Both the position numbers and the translations under genes were made by a program. From positions 992,001-1,056,000 of the forward strand of contig NC_135904.1 of assembly GCF_964194155.1 (NCBI RefSeq): 64,000 nucleotides of DNA, given 5' to 3'. This document shows positions 23,642 to 37,699 of the stretch, in pieces; within the stretch, counting starts at the first letter, position 1; each line of letters starts with the position of its first letter. Origin of the DNA: Cetorhinus maximus. Taxonomy: Eukaryota. The notes under the pieces are model-generated. The model searched no databases and was not told the origin of the DNA. It saw nothing but the letters and a program-made list of their open reading frames with translations.

Positions 23642-26600
23642 GTTAGTATTTTACTATCTTTATGAACGCATTGTTAATTTTAAGACTTGATAGTTCAGAT
23701 TGTTGAGTTGGACTTGAGTGAAAGTGCTGTTGCCTGTAGTTCATTCAGATTTTGCAAAGTTTTTGGAAAGGGCTGGTGAAGAATAACCAATCCTGTATGC
23801 AAGTTTGTTAATTTCCTTTGTATAAAGCTGATGATTTATTAGCAAGTCTATTTTTTCCATTCTGTACACATGGCATCAATGTACTGCAGCAATATATGTA
23901 CTGTTTCACAGACCAATAACTCAACATCGGCTGCAAGCAAGATGCTTGCTCAGAGAGAGTGAAAATCATGGACTAGTAGATTAAATGCAACTAATAGTTT
24001 TGAGAAATGGGTTATCTGTCCATACTGATAACATATGCTATGCAGCAGAATATGATCCTAAATAGAAAAATAATCTTGAAATCACTTCTTTGTGTATATA
24101 CGAGTGACCCTGCAGATCAATTGTGCAGACTTCAGTGAATCTGCATGTGGCATTGAAAGTGTTGAATCATCTTCACAAACATCTAGCAAATAAAAAGTGA
24201 AATAAATTGACTGAATTGCAAATCTGGTGTGAATAAACACTGGTTTTTGTATCTCAATTAGATTGATATATTTATTCCATATATATTGGATTAGGCACAT
24301 TGTCAAACCAGCAACATCTTGGGCACTGTGTCTTAGCAAAATCTCTTGCTAACTAAGCCTCACAGTAGCCAAATCATCTTTCTTTGGTATGTTATAAAAG
24401 CACAACAAATGCAGGTCAACTGATAGTTCTTTTCTGTTCTTGAGAGCAGTGTCCAACTGTAAACTATAGACCTGTCATTCTAGACAATTCCCACTTAAAT
24501 TTGTTAATGCAACTTCGGCTGAAGATGTTTATTTGTAGCATTGCTAAATTGTTTATGAAGCATGGGTCATGTTATGAGCTAACTGTTGCGTCAGCAACCT
24601 CCAACTAATGTAAAATCCTTGTCTACTTGATTCATGACTACTTCATGGGTAAGATCAAGAGATCTATCCGTAAGGTGGCCAATCATCACCATTGTCGTGC
24701 TCTAGTAAACATCATTTGCAACACAATCTAATTTAAACTTCAGTTCCTAGAATAAATGATGGCAAATAGGCCACTACGTTTTGTCTGTTACCACTGCTGA
24801 GCCATTTTCTTGGTGCTTGCAAAGGATAAACAAATAAAAGGTTAGAATATTCACTCTGGTAACTGCCATGTTTAAAATACAAACAGACATACAGTCATTA
24901 AACTTGAAAAAGTATTCCACACTGACAAAGTTTGATCCACTCTAAAGTGTGCCTGTCTCCTAGAACTAATTTTTCTAGCCCTGGATTTTATTGTACCACT
25001 GTGAAAAAAACAAAGGAAACCATGTATTTGGCTCAGCCACATCTACAGAAAGCAAAATTCTAGCAGGAGCACTGTTCTTGCAGTTTTATTTTAATTGAAC
25101 AATGGAGCTATCCTCTGATATTTGTTAAACTTCAAAGAATGAGGAACACAATACCAAATGTAGATAATCTAACATTGAGTTACCCAGATTTCAAGGAATT
25201 TTAAGTGGTGTCAATTTTTTGTTTGTATCTTATGTATATGTTTGCTTCTCTTAGGCAAGAATATATGTGTGCAGTCTTTCGCTAAAAGGATGTCAATGAA
25301 CCATCAAGGTTAAAACCAACAGTTAATTTTGTTTGTGTAATCTAGGTTATGCAGACAGATTAGCCTAAAACAATGATGTTTCGTTGTATGCATTACTCAG
25401 CAAAGTAATTCTGTATCATGCAAAGTGAGCAGGGCATCGGCACAGTAAAACCCAAGCATGACTTGTTTGGTGGGAAGGGGAAGAGAGGAAATGGTTATCA
25501 AAGATGGTTTCTGTACATACTGTGGGAGATGGGAGAAGGCATTAAAGAAGAGCTTTTGATATTCTTGTGAATTTTAAAACTTTTTAAGCAGCATTTACTT
25601 AATCAGAGCATCTTACATTGTCGCAGTGAAATAGGTTAATGTGTAAATAAAAACAATTTTGAAAGGTAATCTCATGTTTAAATTTTCTTTATTAGCTGTT
25701 GAAAGTTGGTAACAGGATTTTAAGTGGTTTCATTAGCTTTTGAACCACAATGAGATTCAAGGAACCAGTAATGCAATTCTCTGAAAACCTGAACATTTAC
25801 TGCCTGATGACTTGAAATGTGAAAATAAAGTTAGATGGATTTACATATCCTCAGGTTCCTGCATCTGTCTGAACAAAGACAAGTTAGAGGGGTATGACAT
25901 AGTACTGTTAGATTTGATCTTTGCACATGATTCTGCTGTGTTTGGGATCTCCAATTTTGATACCTAACCATGGTTATTGACCTGCTCTATCATAAAGAAC
26001 TAAGGATTGATCAGAGTTCTCAACTCTCATGTTGTAAGGTGGTGTGCGGACAATTTATGATTCTTTAAGGTGGCAGTGAGAACAAGTTCTTAAAAGTAAG
26101 TGTTTGCATTTGGTTTAAAAAGAGAAAAAAAAACTTCTGAATGGCTGCTGAATGTCCACTGGCCCCTTTTGCAAGATCTCGCTCTGCAGAATTTCCTGCG
26201 CTGTGCTTTGCTTTAGTTAACATTCCATCTATGTACAGTACAAGATTTTTTTCATTATTTCCATTACAGTGAGAACTTGGGTCCTGCCATGGCACATTAG
26301 ATACTCTCAGTGGATACAAACTCCCCAGTTTAGAAATAATGGGGCGGGTGAGCTACTGAAAGCAATTGCTAACTGTTGGATTCCAGTGATAAAATATTTG
26401 TTATGCAGACTGTCTTTATATTTGGAAAATTGGAAATAATGTATTAGAAATCTAATCTGGTTTTTTCAGTAAATTTTGAAAATTATTCTGCTACATAAAA
26501 GTTGCTCTAATGGTAAAGAGCTTGAACTTGGGCAACCTGTTTGTTAGCTTTGAACTAGGCAAAGCTACCGCTCCTGAGAGAAGTAATCACAAATAATCTC

Positions 26601-27144
26601 CATTTATTCCATTTAAAATTATTCATATGATGATCATTTCTGCTCCCAGGGCAGCACATTGTTCACGGGTCAAAGTATTCCCATCCACCAAAAGAGGACT
26701 GACCAAACCTTAACTCATTCCTCAGCCTAGAAGGGGAAAAAAAAAAATTAGAAGCTCACCGATATAACCAAGAGCATTATTGCACAGAAACAGCAATTGC
26801 CCCATCATGTATGCACCCTCCTCCAATGCCTCTCCACTATCGTCCAGCTGTGTGGGATTGCTCTCATCTGGTCCCATTCTTATCTCTCTAATTGTGCTCA
26901 CAAAATCACTTACAATAGCTTCTTTACCTGCTCCCGCACCATTATCTCTGCTTTCCTCCAAGGATATATCCTTGTACCCATCCTATTTCTCAGTGACATC
27001 ATCTGAAGGCACAGCATTAGCTTTCACCCAGTACTACCTCGACACAATGTCTCTCGACTACTTCCTCCTCCTTCTCCTTCAGGTACCATACCCTAAGAGG
27101 GCATTGGTGACCATGGACTTCCATTGCATTATCATAAGACTTTT

Positions 27145-28250
27145 TTATTCATTCATGGGATGTGGGCTTCGCTGGCTGGGCTAGCATTTATTGCCCATCC
27201 TTAGTTGCCCTTGAAAAGGTGATGGTGAGCTGCTGCTGCAGTCCGCGTGGTGTGGGTACATCCACAGTGTTAGGAAGAGCGTTCCAGGATTTTGACCTGG
27301 TGACAGTGAAGGACCGGCGATATATTTCCAAGTCAGGATGGTGAGTGACTTGGAGGGGAACTCCTAGGTGGTGGTTTTCCCATCTATCTGTTGCCTTTGT
27401 CCTTCTAGATGGTAGTGGTCGTGGGTTTGGAAGGTGCTGTCGAAGGAGCCTTGGTGAATTCCTGCAGTGCATCTTGTAGATGGTACACACTGTTGCTACT
27501 GTGCGTCGGTGGTGGAGGGAGTGAATATTTGTGGAAACTCTTTCGAGTTATCAACAGTCACAGATTGCAACTCTTTCGAGTACAATCACAGTTCTTGGTT
27601 TCTGGGAGTGGGACATGAACCCACAACCCTCTGATTCAAAGGCGAGGGTGCTATGAACTGAGCCACAGCTGACACCTCTGTGAATATTTGTGGAAACTCT
27701 TTCGAGTTATCAACAGTCACAGATTGCAACTCTTTCGAGTACAATCACAGTTCTTGGTTTCCGGGAGTGGGACATGAACCCATAACCCTCTGATTCAAAG
27801 GCGAGGGTGCTATGAACTGAGCCACAGCTGACACCTCTGTGAATATTTGTGGAAACTCTTTCGAGTTACCAACAGTCACAGATTGCAATTCTTTCGAGTA
27901 CAATCACATTTCTTGGTTTCCGGGAGTGGGACATGAACCCACAACCCTCTGATTCAAAGGCGAGGGTGCTATGAACTGAGCCACAGCTGACACCTCTGTG
28001 AATATTTGTGGAAACTCTTTCGAGTTACCAACAGTCACAGATTGCAATTCTTTCGAGTACAATCACATTTCTTGGTTTCCGGGAGTGGGACATGAACCCA
28101 CAACCCTCTGATTCAAAGGCGAGGGTGCTATGAACTGAGCCACAGCTGACACCTCTGTGAATATTTGTGGAAGGGGTGCCAATCAAGCGGGCTGCTTTAT
28201 CCTGGATGGTGTCAAGTTTCTTGTGTTGTGGGAGCTGCACTCATCCAGTC
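27145..28250 (-). mobile_element. LINE 3' portion interrupted by the 159-bp array
   Basis: LINE sequence runs to 27536 and resumes collinearly (GGGGTGCCAATCAAGCGGGCTGC) at 28173, as in the uninterrupted copy near 17730-17800. Confidence 0.85.
27521..28172 (-). repeat. Tandem array: 4 x 159-bp unit (143-bp tRNA-headed element + 16-bp target repeat)
   Basis: GTGAATATTTGTGGAA starts at 27521, 27680, 27839, 27998 and 28157; units nearly identical. Confidence 0.95.
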
Positions 28251-28251
28251 A

Positions 28252-28745
28252 AATAGGAGCAGATGTAGGTCATTCAGCCCATCAAGTCTGCTCTGCCATT
28301 CATTGAGGCCGTGGTTGATCTGATAATCCTTAACTCCACTTTTCTGCCTTTTCACCCTTGATTCCCTTACTGATTAAAAAATCTGTCTATCTCAGCCTTG
28401 AATATACTTAACAATCCAGCCTCTACAGCCCTCTGCAGTAGAGAAGTCCACAGATTCACTACCTTCTGAGAGGTGAAGTACCTCCTCATCTCTGTCTTAA
28501 GTGGGCGACTCCTTACTCTGAGATTATGCCCTCTGGTCCTGGACTCTCCCACAAGGGGAAACAACCTCTCAGCATCTACCCTGTCAAGCCCTGAAAGAAT
28601 CTTATATGTTTCAATAAAGTCACCTCTCATTCTTCTAAACTCCAAGGAGTACAGGCCCAACCTACTCAAACCTCTCCTCAAAAGAAAATCCCTCCATACC
28701 TGGGATCAACCTAGTGAACCTTCCCCGGACTGCCATCAATGTCAG
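28252..28745 (-). mobile_element. CR1 3' fragment
   Basis: RLGLYSLEFRRMRGDFIETYKILSGLDRVDAERLFPL; closely similar to 21280-21785. Confidence 0.9.
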
Positions 28746-29019
28746 CATTGGTCCACGATTATGCTTGGCAAAGTACTACAGTGGTTTACTATTCTCTTTC
28801 TGCAGTATGGCTGACCAGGAAGTTCTTATGCTCTTTGCCACTTGCCATCAGGTGTCTAGGAAGGATTTACAGGCTGATAATCAACCTGTTTGGCCATGTT
28901 ACGAACACTCCTTCTGTAGCCATCAAGTTCTGAGGTGGGTGGGATTTGAACCTGGAACATATGACCCAGAGGCAGGGATGCTATAACTGTGCCACAAGAC
29001 CTCTCTCGCTGTTGATAAA

Positions 29020-29850
29020 TTATCAGACTGCTTAGACATCCAGTAGTGGATGAGCAGAAATTTCCTCCAATTAAATATTAATTTAGAAGACTGATGCCAT
29101 TGTTTTCTGTTCCCATTCCCAAGTCCATACCCTAGCTACTGACTCCATCCCCCTCCCTGGAACAGTCTGAGATTAAGCCAACCTGTTCACAACCTCGGTG
29201 TCCTACTGGATCTTGAGATGAACTGCTGACCTCTCATCCATGGCATCGCTAAGACCACCTATCTTCAACTTCTGTAGCATTTGGCAACTTTGCCCCTGTC
29301 TCAGTTCATCCGCTGCTGAAACCCTCACTCATGCTTTTGTTACCTCGATTCCAGTGCACTGCTGGCTAGTCTTCTACATTCTGCCCTCTGTAAATTTGAG
29401 GTCATCCAAAACCCTGCTGCCCGTGTCTTAACTCACAGTTAGCCCTATTCCCCTATCATCCCTGTGCCCACTGACCTAGGTTGGCTCCTTGTCAGACAAC
29501 ACGTTGATTTTAAAATTCTCAACCTTGTTTTCAAATCCTTCCATGGCTTTACCCCTCCATATCTGTAATCTCCTCCAGCCCCACGGCTCTGCGAGATATC
29601 TGCAATCTTCTTGAGCACCCCAGATTTTAATCGCATTACCATTGGTGGCTGTACCTTCAGTTGCCTAGGCCCCAATCTCTGGAATTCCTTCGCTACCTCT
29701 CTGCCTCTTTACCCTGCCTTCCTCCTCTTTGGCCATCTGAATTAATAATAATCCTTATGTGGCTCGGTGTCATACTTTGTTTTGTAATGATCCTGTGAAG
29801 CGCCTTGAGACGGTTCATTATGATAAAGCTGCTACATAAATGTAAGTTGT
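29020..29850 (+). mobile_element. L2-clade LINE 3' portion
   Basis: SSAAETLTHAFVTS; L2-type tail ending ATAAATGTAAGTTGTTGT. Confidence 0.8.
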
Positions 29851-32495
29851 TGTCAGCGTTCTATTTTCAACAAGAGCTAAACCCCATTTTCTAGTTTGTT
29901 CCCCTTGATGATTAATATTCTTTTTCAAGCAGCTGTCTGATTACTTTTCAAAGAATTTATGGACTCATGTTTGTGGCAGAGATTTCCTCAATCTAAATAC
30001 TAATTCCATGTGCCAAGAAATCAAATGATATTGTGTGAGGTAAAAGGCAGTCAAAATTGAACATTCTGGTAATTTGGCTTTTGTGCAAACCAACAGCCAG
30101 AAAAATGTCAAATCAGCTTGGCCATTGAGCTGTACGGATGGTAAAGTCTGTTGTGTAATACCTCTGAGAGGTATAATTGTCTCAACAGATCTATTTATGT
30201 TGAGTATTTTATTAGTCATCTAATCAAATTGCCCTTTTGTTAATGGGCTGTAGTACATTCTATTACGCAGTGTTTGTGTTTTCATGGCGACCAACTATAC
30301 GTCAAAGCTTTTAATGGCAGTTTCTATTGCCAATTTATTCCTGTCAGACATATTACATAATGCATTTTACCATCCTTGCATGCATAGTATTCAAAATTTA
30401 CTGTCTGCCTATTTTAGCAGTGAAATACATTTATGGTATTTATAGATGGACTGTTGCTGAACGATATTGACAACTAAAATTGCTGTTTGAAATAGCATAA
30501 CATAAACATATTATTGTAGGGCACAAATATTTTTGGAGATTTAAATAGTTGATGCTTAATTTCTGTAATATCTGTTTCAAATGATAAACTGTTGTCATTT
30601 TATTTGATATTCAGTAGAGATGTGGCGAGACTGTCTACAGAATTACACCTGCAGCAGGACCGCAGTGTTGTTCAAGTTTAAGACAGACTGCCTTATTTGA
30701 AATAGCAACATGAGTTGCTATTACTGTACCTCAACATTCTGTTTTAGTTTCAAGTTAAGACAGCTGCACAGATCGTCGTAGTGAAGTTTCAAGTTTCTGT
30801 TCGTGGAATTCTTGGTAGTCATTTACCTGGAACTTTGCCCCTTGCTTGCAGAAAATTAAATGTGGTAAACCATCCTTTACTGAACCAGAACTCTTGGAAT
30901 GTGCATTGCGCCAAAATGATGTCCATTAATGCTGTAGTACAATTCTTACTTGTGGTTTGTGCTCCACTAGTCTTTATTTCACAAAATTTAATCTTGGTAC
31001 AATTGCCTGCACTACAGATTGTTATTCCAACTAACACTTTTAAAATGTATTGGATGTTGTTTTGGCATTAGAGAGCATGGGGAAAGTTTGTGGAGTGGGA
31101 TGGTGGGGGTAATCAGGTCCTTTAATGTGGGATCGGGAGAAGCACAGTTGCTCCTCCCAGCTCCACATTCCGGGAGGTGACTGACCTTTTTAGAGTTGGT
31201 TTCCCTGTGCAGCCTATGACAGCAAACTATTCTTGGGAGGGTGGGGGTGTCCAAGATGTATAAGCGAAGGGCCTATCACCTGCTGCAGGCATAGATGAAG
31301 AATGCCTCTTATTTGTTCTTGCCTAATATGCAGTGCCGTCTGCTTCCTGTCTGCCATTTTGGAGCCTTCAGTGGCCACAGTTTCTGGGCTGATGTATAGG
31401 TTTATTATGTCATTTTCTGACTTGTAATTGAACTGAATTAGCAATGTACTTCCACATTCTGTTTGCTTTGTTTATTGTCTCTACTCTGATTTGGCTTGTT
31501 AACTTTTATGTTTTAATTTTAGCTGTGCCATGCACTGCTTACTTGTAATGTCCTTTTCCTTTCCAGTGTGTAATACCTTGTACTTCTCTGTATTGTATTG
31601 CATCTGCTAAGCATTTGCCAATGTGCAGATTTGACCTCCACTTTTGTAGGTCCAATCCGCTAGTTTAGTATCATGTGCAACTTTGTGACTGGTGAGTGCA
31701 GAAATAAAAGGCAATTTCTTTATTCAAAAAAAATCAGCTTTTTTTTATTTTCTTGCATCAAGTGTACTTGAAATTGCTGCTACAAGATTGGAACTTAAGT
31801 CCAAATGGTTTGAGTGGAGTATAGCAGTGGTTCAAACAGAAGCTACTGAACTTTCAGCTCTAAAGCTGTATTATTTTGATCCAACAAAAAATTTAATTGG
31901 GGTGAACCTCAATACAAAAATACAACTAACGTAGATTTTTTAAATTCTTAATTGTAAATGATTTAGTTGTCGATAACTAGAGTGACGTAATCTGTTCTAA
32001 TTTTTAGTTAGATAGAGGAAACAAACGATTCATTTTCAGTCCCCAGAAGAATTACCTTTTTTATGAAGTAGAATATTAACTGGTGGTCTGCTATAGTACA
32101 CTAAATATATAGAAAGCGTATATTTTAAAATTGTTAATCTGCCAAGGTAATTTTTGTCTGCACTCTATTACAGTAGAATGCATTGCCAGATTTGTTATTA
32201 CCTGCCCCTCCTCAAAATGTCCATTTTACATAGGTCTCAACTGGTACATGTTATAACTTTTTTGCAGGGTGTGGCGTGGCTAAATGAAAGGCCTTCACCA
32301 CTTAAGGAATCAATGTACAGTTACACTACTCCAGTCTGAATCTGTTCTGTGCATTAGAAAAGATTTGTAGACCAGTGTGAAGAAATAAAATGCAACAGAT
32401 ATATTTATTAAATATGCAGATTGAAAGTTCATCTATGTCTGTTGCTGCATCTAGTTAGTTCGTTCTTTGATAATATTTCTAACCTTTCTCTGTAG

Positions 32496-32537
32496 AGTTA
32501 GAAATCCGAAGACGAGAGGATGAGTACAGATTTACAA
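32496..32537 (+). CDS. CLPX: CLPX exon 6 (42-nt small exon, ELEIRRREDEYRFTK)
   Basis: CTAAC branch point + TTTCTCTGTAG| acceptor, |GTAAGT donor; peptide matches my recollection of human CLPX. Confidence 0.95.
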
Positions 32538-35500
32538 GTAAGTTGATTCCATCTTCTCACCTGTGCCTTTTTTTGGTTTTTCTTTATATTTTTATTGTTT
32601 GAAACTAAAAAAAACAGTTCAATTGTTAACTGAATTGTGTATCCAACCACATGGAAAGTCCTTGGTGGTCTAAAAATGGACACAGGTGATCATACAGATT
32701 TGTAATTTGTTTCAAACTGAGGTTTCTTCTGAAACACTTTCAGAAGGACAATAAATATAAAGTGCAGTGGTGTTTTTGAGAAGACGTGTGTTTATTAAAT
32801 AGAAAATTGTACAAAATGCAGAACATGTTGAAAACTTTCTGAAACTTTAATGAAAACTAATTTTGGAAAGAGCACTACTGAAATTCATCATGAATTTCCA
32901 CGTGTTTATAATTTTCTGCAAGTCTCTAAAGTTGTCTAATCTTTATTTTTATTTTTCAATTTGCCACCTTCTGCCTCTCCTAGAACAAAAAAGGTTTAAT
33001 TTATGATTTACAACACTTCTTTAAAAAAAAACAAATGTGAAATTCATTGAAAGCCTGATTTGAAAAAGGCTTGTTCTTGTTTTGTAATATCTGAGACACA
33101 CTGTATTGGTAAACTATGGTAGTTGTCTCAGTTTGTTTCATGTGGAAAACGTCAACCACGGTCTTAAAGGTAGCCAATAAAATTTCATAATCAATTCACT
33201 ACATAAATTTGAATCAGCACATTTTGTACTTTATAAAAACCCTGATGATATATAATCTGTATACTAGCCTTTACAGAACATACCTTTTGAAAAGAGGGGA
33301 AAATGGCAATTTTCACCTTTTTGCTTTGTTGTATCTGGTGGAAGTGATAATGTTTGTTTCTTCTTCTGTACGTTAAGCCATTATTTTGTTCACCATTTCA
33401 AAAAAGTCTGTGACTCCACAGATCTGCAGTGCTGCAGTTGTGCGTTTTGTCAATACATGTATGTGTCTGCACCTGCATGATGAGAAAGCTAACGTCGTAT
33501 TATGTTTACCCCATTAAAATAACAGCTGTATCTTTTGAAACTTGACTGATTTTAAGAACTTAATGTTGGAATGAGAAAAGGTCATTCTGACCTTCCAGCT
33601 CACCCTGTCATCCAGGTCCTCCTTCAGGATCTGACCTGACCCTTTCTCTTCCTCCTCCAAGTCTCTATTGTTCCCCTCCTTGCTGAATCAGAAATTGATA
33701 CAATTCTCTTTTGAATTCCTCAGTGTACTGATGTCAGTTCCAGGAATATCCTGTGGCTCCATTGTAAACAGCGAGCATGCAGCTTTAAACAGATTTATAG
33801 CCCAATCCAAGAAGCCACTTGAGGCCAGCAAATCTGTATTCTCAGCCTATAACCTTGTTTCATTGGTCTCAGCAACACTTGGTCTGTCCTAATGTTTCCA
33901 TTAGAGACATTCGGGGATGACCTCTTAATTGCTATCAGCCAAGTGAGGAGGGATCCCTGACTAAGTTTTTATGCTGGCAAAGTTGGTGCACCTGTTGCAG
34001 TGTGCAGTGCAATTGTATTCCAAATAAATATTCCTGAGATGATAACTTCTCAGACAACATCATATTCTTTGAATCTACTAATGTATCTGAACATAATTTT
34101 CTTTATAACTGCCACCATATGATTCTTTAACTGATTATTGCATCTAAATTTCTTTAGAGTCTCGTTTTCATTAATAATAAACCCTTCAGTTTATAATTCT
34201 CTTGCTGATTTTTGTACCAGTATGCAATTGCTAACATTTCTGTGTGAGTTGGTAATGCCCTCTGTATTTTACCTCTTAACATGCAATTCCCACAACTTTA
34301 GACATTATCTACAAACTTAGACATTTTGCTATAATGGTTCAACTGCTTATGAGTGAATTTTCACTGGACTGTCTACTGCATTGTCAGAATTCAGTCATCT
34401 AAATGAAGGTGTGTCATTTTCCTAATTGCCAGTTTCAAATATGGTGAGTGGCAAGGAACAAAACAACACATCTTTGCTGTACTGTCTCTTACAGATGTTA
34501 TGGCCACAGTGGGTATATTTACAATGCAGCCGCTAGGGAGGAAGAATCATGTTTATTTGTACAATAAGTGCGTTGTAAGCCAAGTTTGGCACCACACTGG
34601 ATTTATTAGTGTCAGAGTGAAGCAATGTGGGCTCCTGCCACCAGAGAGTCAGATTGAACCTGACTCTGGATTTGCACTGAAAGTTTAGCTTCATTTTTGA
34701 GTCAGATGGACCCTGATATCATTCAACTGTCTGTGTAATTGCCCAACTAATTGTTCAGCTCGAGATGATCTAGCATTGACCAATTTTCTTGAATATCAAA
34801 GAGAAGTGACAGCTGTAATCTCCTTTACAAAGCCATGGCTACAGTAGCACCACATAGTTGCTGGCACTTAAAATGTGGAGGTTAGGTTTATGCTGCCTGC
34901 CCAAAGGTAGCTGCGATGTTCTACATCAGTTCAAAAAAATGTCTGCACATCGTACCAGCACAACCTCTCCCCACTGCCTATACATGTCAAGCTTTCTCCC
35001 TGACAGCATCGCCACCCTGAGCACCTTTCTTTAGGCACAGAAGGCAAAGTGGTAAAGTTGACCATTAGTTTGCTGAATCCTGGTGCATGCAGACTCTGGG
35101 AAATCTAATACCCAGTGCAACTTCTGCAAGTCTTTCCTTCTGTCAATAACTGCCAGAATCAAATGAGTCAGTTTGGTTCATTTGAAAGCGGTTACTATCT
35201 GTGGCCCTACATTTTATTTATTCATTATATTATATTTATATAAATATAAACCACCTGTTTTGTTTTAAATAATGCTTTTATCACATCACACATTAATTTG
35301 TTCAAATTATTTAATTTTTTTATTTGCATTATATTTAGTAAATTAGTGCAAGTATATTGCCATGACAAAAAAAATAGAATTCTGGTGTATATGATTTATA
35401 CACATTTTTGAGAGCAGTGATAACACATGTATCTTCAAGTGGCCTTATAGCAACAGGATGAAACGTGAGGAGGCTACCCCATTTGACAATAACTGCTGCA

Positions 35501-37699
35501 CTCTGAAACAGTTCTTCTCTTCTTCTACCACCCATCTTGTTTTGTTTTGACAGAATTGGATTTATTAATAAAATGTTAAAAACTAAGTTTGAATCTCTGC
35601 ACTTAGTATCTGTGGGTACATTTGAAATATGAGATGAGGTCTATTTAAAGGCTTCAGGCCCTTATATGGACATACTGCTGCTTGGTTGACCTAGTTACTA
35701 ATTTATTTCCTGGTAGGAATGACAAATATCATTTTGCATGGATGTTTATTTATGATGAGCTTTTCAATCTAATCACAGTTGTGCGGACAATTATTCAGCT
35801 TATTTGATGAACATCGATAGTCATTGTGCTGTTTGTGCAGATCTAGAAACTAACTAATCCATAATAACTAACTTCTGCCTTTTAAAAGTCTTCACAAAAC
35901 CAATCTTTTAGACCATGCTCTCAGCCATCTTTCTGAAATTTTTACTACTGTTCATCATCTTCTCTGTGTAGCACCTTGGGATATTTTCGCGGTTAAAGGC
36001 ATTGTATAAATGTAAGTTTTTCATGATTAGCATTTAGATTCTAAAATGGTTGTTGGTATATGTAGTTAGTAATTTTACTGTTTTGTTTACATAAACACCT
36101 GGGGATGTGGGTAGAATTACTAAATAGTCATATAAAATTAGTCATTCAAAGTTAGAAATGGCTATAAGAAGGTTGTCCATCTCTCCAGGTCTTGGGACTT
36201 GAGTTCTGCCTCTGTTCCAATTCTTGGAAATTTCACTTGTGCCTTTGTGAATTACCAGCTTGTGCTGACAAATTCTATGTGCAAGAGATAAGTTGTGAAA
36301 GTTGTCCCATTTACTCTATTTGGATCTACCATACCTGGAATATGCTATAATAACCTGTGTCACAGGGCAACCAGATGGAAAGAATCCTGGGCTGGAGAAT
36401 TTCACATCTTGTGCACAGATTTTGTGCATGAGAGAGAGATGTGACATAGGAGTTCATTTCTCATTCTCCTTTTGTGGAACTAGGATAAACAAAGTATATC
36501 CTGCAAACAAAGCCTAGTGGCAATTGTACAGAAAAATTACTTTCAAATGGTGGGTGAAGGCGGGAGTTCTAATTTCTTTTCAGATCTTCTACAGTTTTAA
36601 ACCATTAATTAAAATATCTGAGATAAATGTGGTTTTGTTATGTCACTGAGGGTTGCAGATATTTGTGCCAGGGCAGAGTTCAAACGCTGTGGTCTGAGTT
36701 GGTTGGTCAGCCCAGTTATCAGACTGGACAGTTGTGGCTCGAGTATGACAAGTGGCCATCCGTTAAAGGTGCTTGTTATTTGGGGACTTGCTAGTGCAAT
36801 TGTACACCAACAGTTTCAACCTGAGAAGAAAAAATCTCATCGTGTAAATTGCTGAGAAAAAGATGGAAGGTTTTTGTGAGGGCGAAGGGATGAATAAAAG
36901 AATAAAGAACTAGCATCTGAGCCAAATACTTCATGGTAGATAAACCAAGAATGAAAATTATAATCTAATGTAACATGAAGAGATTTTTGGCAAGAAAATA
37001 TCAGGTCACTCTTACCTTGAGTAAATTTTGTAAAAATTATAACTAATTAGTACTACAAATATATTTGTGAAGTCCTGTATCTTTCAGTCTGCAAAAGCAT
37101 ATAATATTTTTACTTTGCATTAGCTCCAATGTTTTCATTCATATGTGTAGATGAGCTGATGAGCACTCAAGAAAAGAGAGCCTGGCTAACTTTTGTAACC
37201 AACCTTGGGTACTGAGGCCAGTTGTGTCTCTGATTGTTGCTGCACCTGGTTATAGTTAACTCCACGCACACAAAGAAGAAATCAGGTATCTTTCTGGTCT
37301 GTATGGCTCAACTACCACACTGGTGAGGTAAGCTCATCAAGGCCAGAGAGCTGGGGTCCATTTCTAAATGGTTGTCGATCCTATAGCTAGTCACAAGTTC
37401 CCAGTCTGAGAAAAAAATAATGAAATTTAAAAATGAGGAAAATGCATGAGTTTGTGGAAACAAAAAATGTTCCCTAAATGTCATCCTGGAGCGGGTTACA
37501 GTAGATGGGAATTACAGATCAGGATTGAAGTTTAAACATTTTTTTTAAACCATAGTTGAAGCAATCTTTGCGTTTAATACAGAGTTCCAGCATTTTCAGT
37601 TTTTCTTTATTTCATGAGATGAAAGTTTATTTACTGTCAGAGTTGAATAAAGTTCACAGCAGTGGACTAGCGTTTTTTTTTCAATGAACCTACTTTATT

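Noticed and set aside
25804-25872. Possible intronic C/D snoRNA (CTGATGA...CTGA)
   Set aside because: No terminal stem, imperfect C box, no recognisable rRNA antisense element, and far from a splice acceptor
27601-27679. Functional tRNA genes in the array
   Set aside because: Only a SINE-type tRNA-like head; I cannot form a proper acceptor stem and the D-loop GG is altered
27521-28172. CRISPR-like repeat-spacer appearance
   Set aside because: The 'spacers' are near-identical 143-mers, the repeat is only 16 bp, there are no cas genes, and the context is a vertebrate intron
30616-30675. Possible alternative or mutually exclusive partner of CLPX exon 6
   Set aside because: Acceptor-like TCAG/TAG is present but there is no good in-phase donor and no convincing peptide similarity
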